Translations under genes and position numbers: made by a program
Shown here: in pieces, positions 50,801 through 63,206 of the stretch
How the letters are laid out: each line of letters begins with the position of its first letter
Numbering within the stretch: the stretch's first letter is position 1
DNA from: Nymphaea colorata
Taxonomy: Eukaryota
Direction: 5' to 3'
DNA: 64,000 bases
NCBI RefSeq assembly: GCF_008831285.2
Contig: NC_045138.2
Span: forward strand, 1-64,000
The notes under the pieces: model-generated
The model's database searches: none
What the model was told of the DNA's origin: nothing
The model's input: only the letters and a program-made list of their open reading frames with translations

Positions 50801-51280
50801 ATGCACAACGCTCTATGGGCATATCGCACCACTATGAGAACTCCAACAAATGCCACTCCAGCAGAGCTAGTCTATGGAACAGAAGTGGTTCTACCATTAC
50901 ATGTGTTGAAACCTGCTTTGAAGTTCGCTTCTATCATAGAGCTCCCTCTTACTCAATATCAACAAAAAATGCTAATGCAACTCGATTTGCTAGATGAAAA
51001 GAGGCTAAAAGCGGCTGAACATGCTGAAGCTTATCGCCAAAGGGTAGCCAGACAATTTGCCAAGTCAGTTATCGAGAGACAGTTCAAAGTGAATGATTCA
51101 GTCTTACAATCTGCAGTGTACCTGAGAGGACGACCACGAGGCAAGTGGGCACCAAATTGGGAAGGCCCATATGTCATTAAGGAAGTTTTGCCCTACAATT
51201 CATACCGACTAATTGATGCTGATGGGGTGGAATTTGCCGATCTTGTTAATGCCCTTCACCTCAAGAAATTTTATGCCTAG
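47849..51280 (+). pseudogene. pol (RT-RH-aRH-integrase) of copy 3, ~1143 codons in one frame with three premature stops
   Basis: ORFs 47804-49264, 49265-49696, 49709-50599 and 50651-51280 share a frame; stops at 49262 (TAG), 49694 (TGA), 50597 (TGA); HRGDCGGH...CKECQ zinc-binding motif, WAFDVVGP, WEGPY. Confidence 0.95.
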
Positions 51281-51421
51281 TTCTCTTGTATTCATTTTCC
51301 AATCAATGTCAAAACATTTGTGTTTCCACATCGACTATTCAATCTATATTCTTCCCAGTTGTAAAACATGACAATTACACTGGGGCATTTTTATTTTTTT
51401 TATCGCTCAGGGCTTGAGAGC

Positions 51422-51707
51422 AATCCGTGCAGGTAAAGGGTTAAACCTGCAATATGAGGGCAACCCATGCAGGCAAGGGGTTAAACCTGCAATGCTAGCT
51501 AAAGTAACCCATGCAGGCAAAGGGGTTAAACCTGTGCTACAAGCCAAAGCAACTCACACAGTTAAAGGGTTCAACTTGTGATGCAAGTCAAGGCAACCCA
51601 TTCAGGAGGTTAAACCTGAATTTGAAATCGGCAAACCCATGCAGGTAAAGGGTTAAACCTGCAATTTAAGCTCAAACAACCCATTCAGGTAAGGGGTAAA
51701 GCCTGAA
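51422..51707 (+). repeat. 3' UTR tandem array of 7 predicted pseudoknot units (copy 3)
   Basis: Units start at 51422, 51462, 51506, 51551, 51595, 51634 and 51678. Confidence 0.9.
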
Positions 51708-54632
51708 ACATCTCTATGAAAATGTCTTGTTTGAAAAATTTGTGGCGTTTATCTTTGTCACTAAGCACGGCTAACACCGGCTTATTAACAAAGAGGGGCA
51801 TCTGTAATCACCCCAAATTTTTCTAAAGGACTATGATGTTTTATCCAAGTGCGAAATTCAAATTTAGGCACGAGATTTTCAAAATACAACTTTCAGATCT
51901 AAATTAAATCCAAAATACAACTTTCAGATCCAAATTAAATCCAAAATACTACTCTCAGATCCAAATTAAATCCAAAATAGAACTTTCAGATCCAAATTAA
52001 ATCCAAAATACTAATTTTAGATCCAAAACCCAAGTTCAGATCTAAATCAATCATTTAAGACTAATTTGCCCTTTCTTTTGACCAAAAACCTCCTTTTAGA
52101 GGGTGATTTTAGTCTTTTTTAAACAAGACCGATTTGCCCCTCCTTTTGATCAAAAAACCTCCTTTTAGAGGGTGATTTTAGTCTTTTTTAAACAAGACCG
52201 ATTTGCCCCTCCTTTTGACCAAAAAACCTCCTTTTAGAGGGTGATTTTAGTCTTTTTCAAACAAGACCGATTTGCCCCTCCTTTTGACCAAAAAACCTCC
52301 TTTTAGAAGGTGATTTTAGTCTTTTTGGTAAACAAGACCAATTTACCCCTCCTTTTGACCAAAAAACATCCTTTTAGAGGGTAATTTTAGTCTTTTTGGG
52401 TGGCCAAGACCGATTTGCCTTTCCTTTTGGCCAAAAAAATCTCCTTTTGGAGGGTGATTTTAGTCTTTTTAGGTCAAAAAATTCAAATTTTGGGTTTTGG
52501 CTCCAAAATCCTCTATAAATACCCCCTCATATCCTCCCTCTTGGGCAAGATTGGTCCTTGGGAGAAACTCTAGTGTATTCTCACTTGAAGACTTAGAGTT
52601 TCTCTTGAGCTCTCTCTCTCTCCCTCTCCCTCTTTTCATTTCCTTCTCCAACTTAGAGCAAGCACTCTTTGAGCTTCATTCAAAAGGGGATCTTCAAGTG
52701 AAGGTGTTCATCTTTCTTAAGTCATTTCCCATTAGAGGTATGTAATCTTCATCCCTCTCATTTCTCTCTTCTTTCTTTTCATTAATATTCTTATTATTAT
52801 GTTATTTCTTTTTCTTAAATATAGTCTTATTGTTGTTTTCATTTTCTCTTCACATCTTCATCTCCCCATGGCCAAAGGAGATAGCACTCAACATCTTTTT
52901 ATAGACAAGAGGCTATGCTCAAATGCACCAGTAACATGAGAAGATGAGGTGGTATATCAATTCATAGTTACATCATGTCTTCCCTCCTAATTGAACTTTG
53001 CTTTTTTTCATCATCCTTTTTTTTTTTTCCTCCTTGAAAGTTATCTATATATTATGCATGCATAGTTGCTTAGTTCTTTACTTACATGTGAATGCATGTC
53101 GGGAATGAGAGTGTGGTTTGGGGACTTTTTATTTTCATATTAATCTTTGAGGTTGGGACTTGTCCAACCCGGGATAAACCCTCACGAAAATGTACATGTT
53201 AATATGCATTTCCATATCATTTTGCGCTAGTTTCCTTCTTAATCATCACATTAGGAACCCTAACGAGTGCCTCGTTATGTTGCTTGTTTTCTTCCATACC
53301 CAACGGTGGAAGAAATATATCTCTTACAACAAACCAAATAATAACATTCTATGCTTATATAAATCATATTTTCTAAAACATTTTCAAAAAGAACCTTCTA
53401 ACATGGCCTTAAGGACTTAGCTTAGACTCTTGCATGAGTCCAAACTCCCCTCCGGCCCACATTAAATTTGATGTTGGTAATTTTGAGTTGTTCCTTGATT
53501 TTTCTAATCTTGTGAAGGTATGGATGTATAAACATGTTATATACATTTATGCCAATATGATGACCCCCATATTTCTCTCTCTATGCTTTCACTTTCTATT
53601 TTATAAATTTTCATATGTGCATGAATACGTATGTACATGTGCTCCATCTCCTCTCTTTCAAATATTTATTCCTCTTTTCAAGACAAATATCTTCTCTTAT
53701 AACATTTCTCATACCCATATATGCGTATGATATTTTTCTTTTCCTCTAAAATCTTTATTTCTCTTCGAATCAATACATCTTTTTCTCTTAAACTTTCATA
53801 TATGTGTATATGTGATGGTATGTACACATGTATGCATGTCTTTCTTTATATCTCTCTTTCCTTTCATAAGAGTGTTTTATCTCTTGTATTCTTTTTAACA
53901 TTCTCACCTCATGAACTTTCTATTTACCAACTTCAATAAGACCACAAACCAAGTAATGACCCAATATTGGAATCATGCTTGATGGTCTACAATCTCTATC
54001 CCTTTTCAAAAACTTTTCCTTCTTATATACAATAATTATAATAACGAAATCTTAGATGTATGTTGTGGTGGGAATGACATTAGATGAATGTTGTGGTAGG
54101 AATGTTTTACATTTTTTTCAATCATATTGGGTAAATGCATCCATGCATTCTCACTCACTTTATTTCATTTATGATCACAAGCACCTCTCCAAAGGAACTT
54201 AAGCAAGAAGGGATGGAGCTCTAGCTAGGTGGTAACCGAATTAGAGCAAAATCTCAAACCTACTTAAAGTCTTAAAAGAACACTAAAGTGATTTCAAAAT
54301 GTTTTCACAAGTTTTTCAAATGATATTTACTAGTTTCACTTTTTCCTCAAAACATTTCACATTTTCAAGCAATTCTTCAAGAACCCTTTCAAAAGTTTGA
54401 AACTCCAAACTTTCAATATTTTCTACACCGCATATAGAATCAAAAAGATGTTTAAGTTAAAACGAAATGCATCAATGATAAACATAGTCATTGGGTTGAT
54501 TACCCCCGGTAAAGGCGCCGGGAATGGTCGATCCTCGTACCGATGGGCGAGTCCCTTTCTTTCCTCTTTCAAAACAAAAACCTTATTTTTCTGGAGCACT
54601 CCAAAACCAATGAAAATTTTGGGATGCAAACA

Positions 54633-54894
54633 GATATACATAAATATCCATCGGATTCGGATCAGATTTATTTTTAAACAAATATCTTGTATTTAATGTT
54701 ACTAAAATTTGAAAATTGGCAAAATCTGGTTCAAAATTCAGATTCAGATTCAGATTTTGGTAGAAATATAAAAATCGGATTTTAGATTCAGATTTAGATA
54801 TGACTTTGAATTGGAATCCAAATATATGAATATATGAAAAAACAGATATGATTAAGGATATATCTAATCTGAATCCAATCCGTTAACATCCCTA
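54633..54894. mobile_element. hAT-type MITE remnant interrupted by the Ogre insertion
   Basis: CGGATT/CAGATT subterminal repeats ending in ACATCCCTA (reverse complement TAGGGATGT, hAT-like TIR); a short matching piece ATGGCATCAGATAGGATTTGGATAT lies on the other side of the element (~39367-39391). Confidence 0.6.
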
Positions 54895-55281
54895 GGAATG
54901 ACACTGTAAGAACACTTTTTTGTGCATTTGGTGATCTTCCAAATATAATCTTGGATGGTTTAACATTTTCAAACCATGTAGGGCCACTAAATGGTGGAAA
55001 TTGAGGTGAATTTTTTGGCTTTTGTAGTACAATTCGGATATGACTTCTTTATTTAAATTTGAATCTGAATATATAAATGTTCGAAAAAGTGAATATGATT
55101 AAAGATATATTGATCTGAATCTGATCCATTGCATCCCTAGTGACTACACTTTGTTAACACTTTTTGTGCATTTGGTGATCTTCCACATATGATATTGGAT
55201 GGTTTAACATTTTCAGATCAGGAAATGAAAATTGAGGTGAATATGGGGCTTTTGTAGCAGAATTAGTGAGCCTTAAAAAGG

Positions 55282-55652
55282 TTGCGTTTGTGTTCGGATG
55301 ACGCCTTGAAAAAATGGTTTTCTTGAAAGCCTGGTTTTGTGAAAATCAAGAATTTTGAAAGCCAGGTTTTTCACTCTTTTGTAACTTGGTTTTTTGTTTG
55401 AGAAACAAGAAATGAGTTTTACATCATGGTATTATTTTATCAGCGTAACGACACCAATATGAGCAGTGCCTTTTTTCTAACTTTTGGCGGAGAAAAGACT
55501 CCCCACGCAGGTTATTCAAAAGAATCAAAACACGAAAAAACTATTTTAAATAAATTGGGTTTTCAAAAACCCAGTTTTTAGGTGCTCCAAACACCATCAA
55601 AATGACGTTTGAGAACCAAAAAACTTCATTTTGAAGCCGTATCCAAACGCAA
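55282..55652. mobile_element. Possible Tourist/PIF-like MITE
   Basis: Inverted termini TTGCGTTTG / CAAACGCAA around an AT-rich, internally repetitive ~370 bp segment. Confidence 0.4.
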
Positions 55653-56063
55653 TTTAAGTTTTTTTTTTTTCTTTTATACTTTTGGGTTAATTTGGCTTTG
55701 CGGACTGCTTGCTTTTGTTGCTTGTTGTTTCTCCAGAGCAGGCTATATGTTATGGTCCCTAACAAGAGACTACGTGTTATGTGTGTTATTGCATGTTTTG
55801 GGTAACAAAGGACTAAATTACTCTTCTTAATTAAATGGAATGAAATTATATTATTAAATTATCAAAATACCCTTTTGCGTGGGAAGATGTCTTCCCAATT
55901 CCCATGTTAACGGCATAACATGGAACGGTTGGTGGGCTTTCACACTCCTCCCTATTATGGCTGAACTCACGAATCAGCTTTGTGAAAAGACATGTCCCTT
56001 ACAAGGATAATTTTAAAAAAAAAAAAAGTCATTTTCTAAAATAAGTGAAATACACAATTTTTA

Positions 56064-56131
<68 letters not shown>

Positions 56132-58744
56132 TGTTCCACCAAATATGAGTATTTTTAAAACAAGTCTTTGTCCAGCCAATTTTTTTGAGTTCCACCACTA
56201 CTTAATAGCGAAAGGAGTTCATGACAAGACTGAGATGTAGTTATTTTTTAAATGACTAAGATCAACATGATGGCCCTTACAAGCCAAGTTCAAAACTATT
56301 GTGTTTCTAAGTCGCATGGGTAAAGGTAGGGGTTCTGGTAGGGGCACGGAATTGGAGAGTATATGGGTACAATGATACCATAGGGTATGTATATGTATAT
56401 ATGTAGAATATCACAAAAAAGTCAAAATGAAAACAATATTTACATAAACAGGTGATATAAATTAAAAGAATATATATTAGGGAAGGCAACTATTAAAAAC
56501 AGAATAAAAACTGAGTTACGAATAAACTAAATAAAGTAGAATTAGTAGTTTTGGTTCAATTTTTAATCCACAAAATACCCAAATTTGTTTAAGTGTCCTC
56601 TTTATGGGAATGAACCAATACGAGGACCTTACTGAAGAAGTACTTATGTGACTTAGTTATGTTTATTACCTGTATAGCTATTGAGCTAAGTGAACATTTG
56701 ACAACAAGAACAGTAATAGTTTTCTATAAATAATCCATCTCAAAATTTGGAGCATATTTGGTAAGAGGTTGTTTCACAACAGTAACAATTTATTACTGTT
56801 ACATGAATCTACTTTAAAAATTAGGGTATTTGTTATAGTTTCTCATGAAGATAGATTCATAAACAAATTATTCCCATTAGGGAATGGCTCCAAAGAGAAG
56901 AGAGATCTTCTGGTTCTTTCTAGGGTTAAAACGACTGAGAGATCTTCACTCTACGGGTTGAAGGCTTGGTGAAGGTTAATTTGTGCAAGATTTGGATTTG
57001 GATTGGAGCAAATTGATTGCAAAGAAACAAGATAACGTGTTCTTATTTAAGTGGCAACCAGGGGTGAAAAGGATTTTATGAAGATTGGCACTGACAAAAG
57101 AGACGCCAAGCAAGTAGACATGTGTCTTTTTATTTTTCAAATAATAAATGTAAACTAACTTTTAGATACACAATAGATTACTACACATTTTTTGAGTATC
57201 AACAAAGTGGGTGATCAAATTTTGAGATAAATTGTAAAACATGCCTGCCTTCCCCTATCCCTTAATATATACGCACCCAAGTCACCCATGGAAAAAATTA
57301 ATTTTGAGGCAAAGTACTTTGTTAGATGATGGATGTTGTTTGATGATTAAAAATTTTAAAAATTAATGTTGAAAAAGTTATTAATATTAATGATGTTTTA
57401 TGGTACAAAAGTGGATTATAGTGATATTAACAAAAGTATATAGTATTTTCGACGACGAACTTTTACTTTTTAACCTAACATATTTAAATCTTATCCTTTC
57501 AAATCTATTTCAAATCTATCACATGTCAGAAGGTGGCTAAAAATTAAAAACAATAAAAGCACCATAAACCAGCGTTATTTGAGAGAAGTGAGGAAGGGTA
57601 AGGATGTAATGCAATGAAGGATAATAATAAAAGAATTGCAGCTAAATGAACATGTGCACCTTACTAAGTACCCCATCTCACTTGTGTCACTTACTTCGGG
57701 ACATCTTACAATGGGAACACTAATAGTTTGCTATCAAATCCATCTCAAAGATTGAAGCATATTCTATAAGGAGTTGTTTCACAGCAATAACAGTTTTTTA
57801 CTATTACACAAAAATACCTTACAGATTATAGATTATGATATGTTCATGGAATATGTTGTTACAGTATTCTAGGGCCCCAATTTTTTTGATAGATTCGTAG
57901 AACAATAAAAAACTGTTTCTATTAGTAACCAGCTTTTAAGAAAATGGTCTTCATTTCTTGAGACCACTTTACTATTGACACCCATCTATCATCAGAGAGA
58001 AATTATTAATTTGTCCTAAAATTTTATTATGTTGTCCAACAATTTGAGGTAGATTAAAGCATTATGTTATAGAGTTCCAATGTTCCATAAATGTACCGAC
58101 AATTTGTTTGTTTGTTTCAAATGGCCTTTAAATAACCAAAACTAACTTGCTGCACATCTTGTCTTTAATATATACTCTGCTCCATCAAACACAAATTTAC
58201 ATTTACCATTATTCTTTTTAATTCCAGCCTAAGTATAAGGAAGGAAAAAACATAATCTTCTCAATTTTTTTAAATGATAGATTACATTATTTTATATAAA
58301 ATATAAAATGAGGTAGAACGTAAGCTATTGTGAGGACAATGATATAGAATATGAATTTTCACGTTTTTATATCTCCGAACACATCTTGATTAATGATTTT
58401 GCTATGGCGCTGTCGTTTTCGGCCGTTGTTAAAAAGTGGGGTGCACATTAAAAAATCAGAAAATGAGTCTTCTTTGAAATGACAACCAAAAAAGCTGACC
58501 CTTTGCTCAAACAATCACCCTCATTACCCCACCCAGCCCACCATCTTAATGATGCCAATCTCTGGCTCTACTACCTTTCATTTCTTGCGGTCACTTCCAG
58601 GCCAAAATGAGAAGGGCGAGGAGGACGTGTCCCGTCCGTTTTCTCCTCTTACACCTACCGTGGTCCTTATCCTCTTCCTGCCCTCCCCACAAAGCGGAAG
58701 AAAGGAAATCGCAGTTCGAAGCGCATTGTTCCTGATTCTGAGGA

Positions 58745-61154
58745 ATGGCCACTCGTTTGATTCGGTCAAGAGTTTATGGCGTTCTGAGTAATATGGGTGT
58801 CGCCAAATCTCTCAGACAATCTTCATGGGGAGCGTCCGTAGGTGTTTCGCGCAGTGCCTGTGTGTCTCAGATTAGTGGGAGAGGACAATCTTTCATGTCT
58901 CAATTCGGGAAGATGGTGATTGCGAATTGGCGTTCGTTGTCGACTGAGGCAGAAGGCAATGCTGCTCAGGAGGTCTGTGACAACTGACAAGTAGTTTTTT
59001 GGTGGCTTGCTGTTTGTTTTTGTTAGTTTCTGAATGATTTCTGAGAAAGGGTACGTGGAATTTGGAGAAATTTTCATTTTTTTAGGTGATGAGTTTGTTT
59101 TTTCTTCCGAAACTTTATTGGTGATTTGTGCGGTATAAAGGGATACTTTCTCTCCGATGTACTGATTGCTCGTTATAGGTGAATAGAATTGTTGTGTGTT
59201 GGAAAGTTTAATCGCCATGATGCAGAATGAATTCACTGTTTGGTATGTAGCAGAAAGATAAGATCGTGTGCTGCCTTACTTATAGATGGTCTTTTGTCCC
59301 TTTTCCCTCTCGTATATGTTAATGTTGGGTTTGAATCAATGAGTTCCGCGTCTTTGTTACGTTTTAAACTCATTTGTGAGTTCAGTGGTAATGGGTCGCA
59401 GTTCTATCAGAATCCAAGTCTTCATTAAATATATATTTTTGTTGATCTCCAATATGTCGATGGGCTCTGAACTATATTGAGTTGTAACTGTAATTCGTCT
59501 TCCTTTTCTCTTTTCAGAGAATTGGAGGTAGCGTTTGAGACTTAAACCCTATAATTCTGCAGTATGACTTAATCAGTGGCTTTAATCCCAGAGAAGGCTG
59601 AAAGCCTCTCCCATGAGGGTCATAGCTTATCTTTCTCCACTTCTTCTTCGTGTCCATATCTTCGTTACGTTGTGACTTAGCATCATTTGTTTTTCACAAT
59701 GAATGGCTAATGAAAAACCTGGTGCCTTTTCCTGTTCTATTTAGAAGCAGGGAACTGGAGTCCATTCATACAGAATCAAAACAAGTACACAGCATTCACA
59801 AGATTAAACAAATTCTTCCATTAGGCTGCATCAAGGTGCCTTTTCCTGTTCTATCCTTTCCACAATGATTCAACCACGACACGGTAGCAAGTAGAGTTGA
59901 CTAGGTGACTCCATTATGGCACACGCAATGGAACTTTGTGCTATAACATTGCACGTATCTCAAACGGATAATGCAGCCAAACATGCCTCAGGGTCCGAAA
60001 TACACATTGTGCGCAACTGCATATAGTGCATCAGATGAACAGTGAAGGGTCTGCCTGGGGATCATCCCCAAGTTACTGTTAAAAATTCTTTTCTCGGGGA
60101 AAACCAAGTTCCACTCTCTGCCAAACTTCAGTAACCATGCAAGTCCCATAGCATCATGTAAAATGTATGATCTGCATGTATCATTCTCCAACATGCTTCC
60201 CAGTTTGAAGTCTAGCGGACAAAGCCACATCCAATTTTTTTTTTTTTTTTTTAAATCTAGGTCTCTCAGCTTTTCTGTTCTAACTTTTATCTCATATCAG
60301 CTTTACTAAAAACTTCTGCTTAGGTGAAAAAAGGGGCAATGCTTGATCATTCTTGCAATTTCTTCTTTTGTGCATGATGTTTGTAGACCATCCCAGAAGG
60401 TGCTTATTTTCATGTAGTAGTTGTAACCTGTGACCTTCATACTTGCCTTTCTGTGAGTTGGCTATTGTTCAGCTATCACTCGTCTTTTATGCATCAACTT
60501 TTAACAGTTTGTTTTGAGTAGCACCTTCTAGGTTGCTTTATATTTCACTTCCAATAATGTTAGCTTACCACATTGGAGGTATTCTTTAGCTGGAGTTTTC
60601 ACCAAAATCTGGCGGAGCACAGTGACCTGCTAATTTTTGGAGTCAAGATTAAAGTCAAACAGGGAATTTCAGTGTTCAGAACAAGGAGTGACAAGCTGAA
60701 TTTTATAAGTTTCTTTCATTGTGGTTTTCAGAATGAGTTCAAACGTTACTTTGGTTCATGATTTAGTACAATTGCTGCTGCATTATGTATCTGGGATTTC
60801 CAACTTGCAGCAAGAATTTTCTTTGGCGCTCACATAAAACTATTTCTTCTTCTACAGCATATGTGATTCTGCTTACATGCTTTCTGATCCTATATCGAAA
60901 TACGTACTTGTGAATTATTATTTTGATTTGGATGCTCCATTAATATGGCACCAAATGAAAGAATTTCATGTAGACTATGCATTCTCCAAAAACTGAATTG
61001 TATCTCTCTGTCAAACAGGTTTTAGATTTTCCAGGAGGAAAGGTCATGTTCACTGCTGACCTTAGCTTTATACCAGAGTATCCTCAGCACCGTGTTCATT
61101 GCTACAGGATTCTCAATGATGAGGGGCAGCCCATCTCTGAAAGTAGCTTCCAAG

Positions 61155-61217
<63 letters not shown>

Positions 61218-63206
61218 CCCCCCCCCCCCCCGCAACACACACACCCACATGTGCACACTCAAACAAATCCACATATCCTTGTTTGCATATGATGATACGA
61301 AAGACAAGGTAGTAGATGTTATGTGTTCCACAGAGCGTCACATGAGCATTTCCTCCTCTAATTACCATCCAGCGTTGCATTGTAAATGGCAGTATGAACA
61401 TGTATTAAACTAATTGTCTGACATGGCAATTTTTATTCTGCAATGTAGTGTCCCATCTCCATACTTGCCTTTTATTATACCACTTTGTGATGCCTTTCCT
61501 GACAGTGTTCAAGATTTCAAATACTGTATTGAACGCCTAGATGTCAAGGCCAACTTCATATTAATCTTATTTACTTTTCTTTCCACAGATAGAAAAAGAA
61601 GTTGCTGTAAAAATGTACACTGACATGGTCAGACTTCAAATAATGGATACCATATTTTATGAAGCGCAAAGGCAAGGAAGAATTTCTTTTTACCTTACAA
61701 CGATTGGTGAAGAGGCCATCAACGTAGCATCAGCTGCAGCTCTCAGTTTTGATGACATAGTCTTTGCTCAGGTTGATATCATCATATCATGGTGCTTAGG
61801 ATGGTGACTGTCAGATTTTTTCTCTGTATTCACATTAGCAACTGCATTTTTTTCTTCCCACTTTTAATGCGCCTTCAATCTTTTTGTTCCATGAGAATAT
61901 AGTACAGAGAGCCTGGCGTTCTTCTTTGGCGAGGTTTCACTTTGCAAGAATTTGCAAACCAGTGCTTTGGAAACAAGGCTGACTATGGAAAAGGTCGCCA
62001 AATGCCAATTCATTATGGAAAAAACAAGCTCAACTTCTTTACTATATCATCTCCAATTGCGTAAGTTTTATGGGTTAGAAAATTATGTAATACTTAATTA
62101 AACTTTAGAAAATTATTTATGGTTGAGATTGTCAGGACACAGATTCCTCATGCTGTTGGGGCTGCATATTCCTTAAAAATGGATAAGGAACAAGCTTGTG
62201 CAGTGACTTATTTTGGAGATGGTGGCACGAGCGAGGTACTTTACCATAGATCAAACTTTATGTACTGAGAAGCGCTGTGTCTTTCTTAAAGCTGGCACTT
62301 TTTGTAATGGAACAGGGAGATTTTCATGCTGCATTAAACTTTGCTGCTGTTAGGGAAGTTCCCGTCCTGTTTATTTGTCGTAACAATGGATGGGCAATCA
62401 GTACACCTACATGTGAACAATTTCGAAGTACTCTCCCTATCCTTTCTGTCTCAAAAGCACTTGTAACTGTAATGACTGCATATATCTTACTCCTATCATG
62501 TTGCTGGAGCTGCAGGTGATGGTGTGGTTAGCCGTGGGCAGGCTTATGGAATCTGTAGTCTTCGAGTTGATGGAAATGATACTCTAGCTGTTTACCATGC
62601 AGTTTGTGCTGCTCGACAAATGGCAATCAGTGAATCCAAACCTGTGCTAATTGAGGTCAAAATCAAATTTTATGGCAAATCCAAGTTCCTAGAATCTGAG
62701 TACCTCTGTTGCCTTCCTACTAACTCTATTTCTTTGGCTTCCCAAATTTATTGAGACACCAGGCCCTCACCTACCGAGCTGGCCATCACTCTACTTCTGA
62801 TGACTCAACCAAGTATCGTCCAGTAGATGAAATTGAACACTGGAGAAAAGAGCGTGATCCTGTCTCCAGATTTAGAAAATGGATTGATGGTAAGGGATGG
62901 TGGACCAATGCAGCAGAATCAGAGCTTCGGAGTGAAATCAGAAAGAAGGTGAAACTATATGTTGCTTTACTCCATTTGGTCAATTTATCTTACTGGCATT
63001 GGCTTCCACTTCTCTCTGACTGGTGATGATTCATGCAGATGTTGAACGCAATTCAGGTTGCAGAGAAGATGGAGAAACCACCCATCAGTGAGATGTTTAC
63101 AGATGTTTATGATGTTCTGCCATCTAACCTTCTCGAGCAGGAAAAACTACTAAGAGAGACAATTAGTAAACACCCACAAGATTACCCACCTGATGTGCCT
63201 GTCTAG
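58745..63206 (+). CDS. BCKDHA: 2-oxoisovalerate dehydrogenase E1 subunit alpha, mitochondrial (branched-chain alpha-keto acid dehydrogenase E1-alpha), 9 exons, ~470 aa
   Basis: Exons 58745-58972, 61019-61156, 61589-61771, 61903-62060, 62136-62235, 62316-62427, 62516-62655, 62763-62948 and 63039-63206; all GT-AG and phase-consistent, 1413 nt. Arg/Ser-rich transit peptide; [41 protein letters not shown] motif [19 protein letters not shown]...[22 protein letters not shown]. The exon 1 donor is the least certain boundary. Confidence 0.95.
61158..61231. repeat. (CT)n microsatellite plus poly-C at the start of intron 2
   Basis: Directly follows the GT donor at 61157. Confidence 0.95.

Larger units (their letters stand above)
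39392..54632 (+). mobile_element. Full-length Ogre element (copy 3, mirror of copy 1)
   Basis: 5' LTR 39392-42687, PBS 42690-42707, PPT ~51787-51802, 3' LTR 51803-54632, TSD GATAT at 39387-39391 and 54633-54637 (same insertion site as copy 1). Confidence 0.96.
37143..54698. repeat. Inverted duplicate of window positions 1-17550
   Basis: 37143 GCAATATCCTGAGGCACC is the reverse complement of 17533-17550; the sequence ending at 54698 is the reverse complement of the window start; colinear throughout. Confidence 0.96.

Noticed and set aside
39392..54632. Treating copies 1, 2 and 3 as independent transpositions
   Set aside because: All share the same TSD and flanking host sequence, so they derive from one insertion.
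61022..61401. ERERER/SLSLSL ORFs
   Set aside because: Translations of the (CT)n microsatellite in intron 2.
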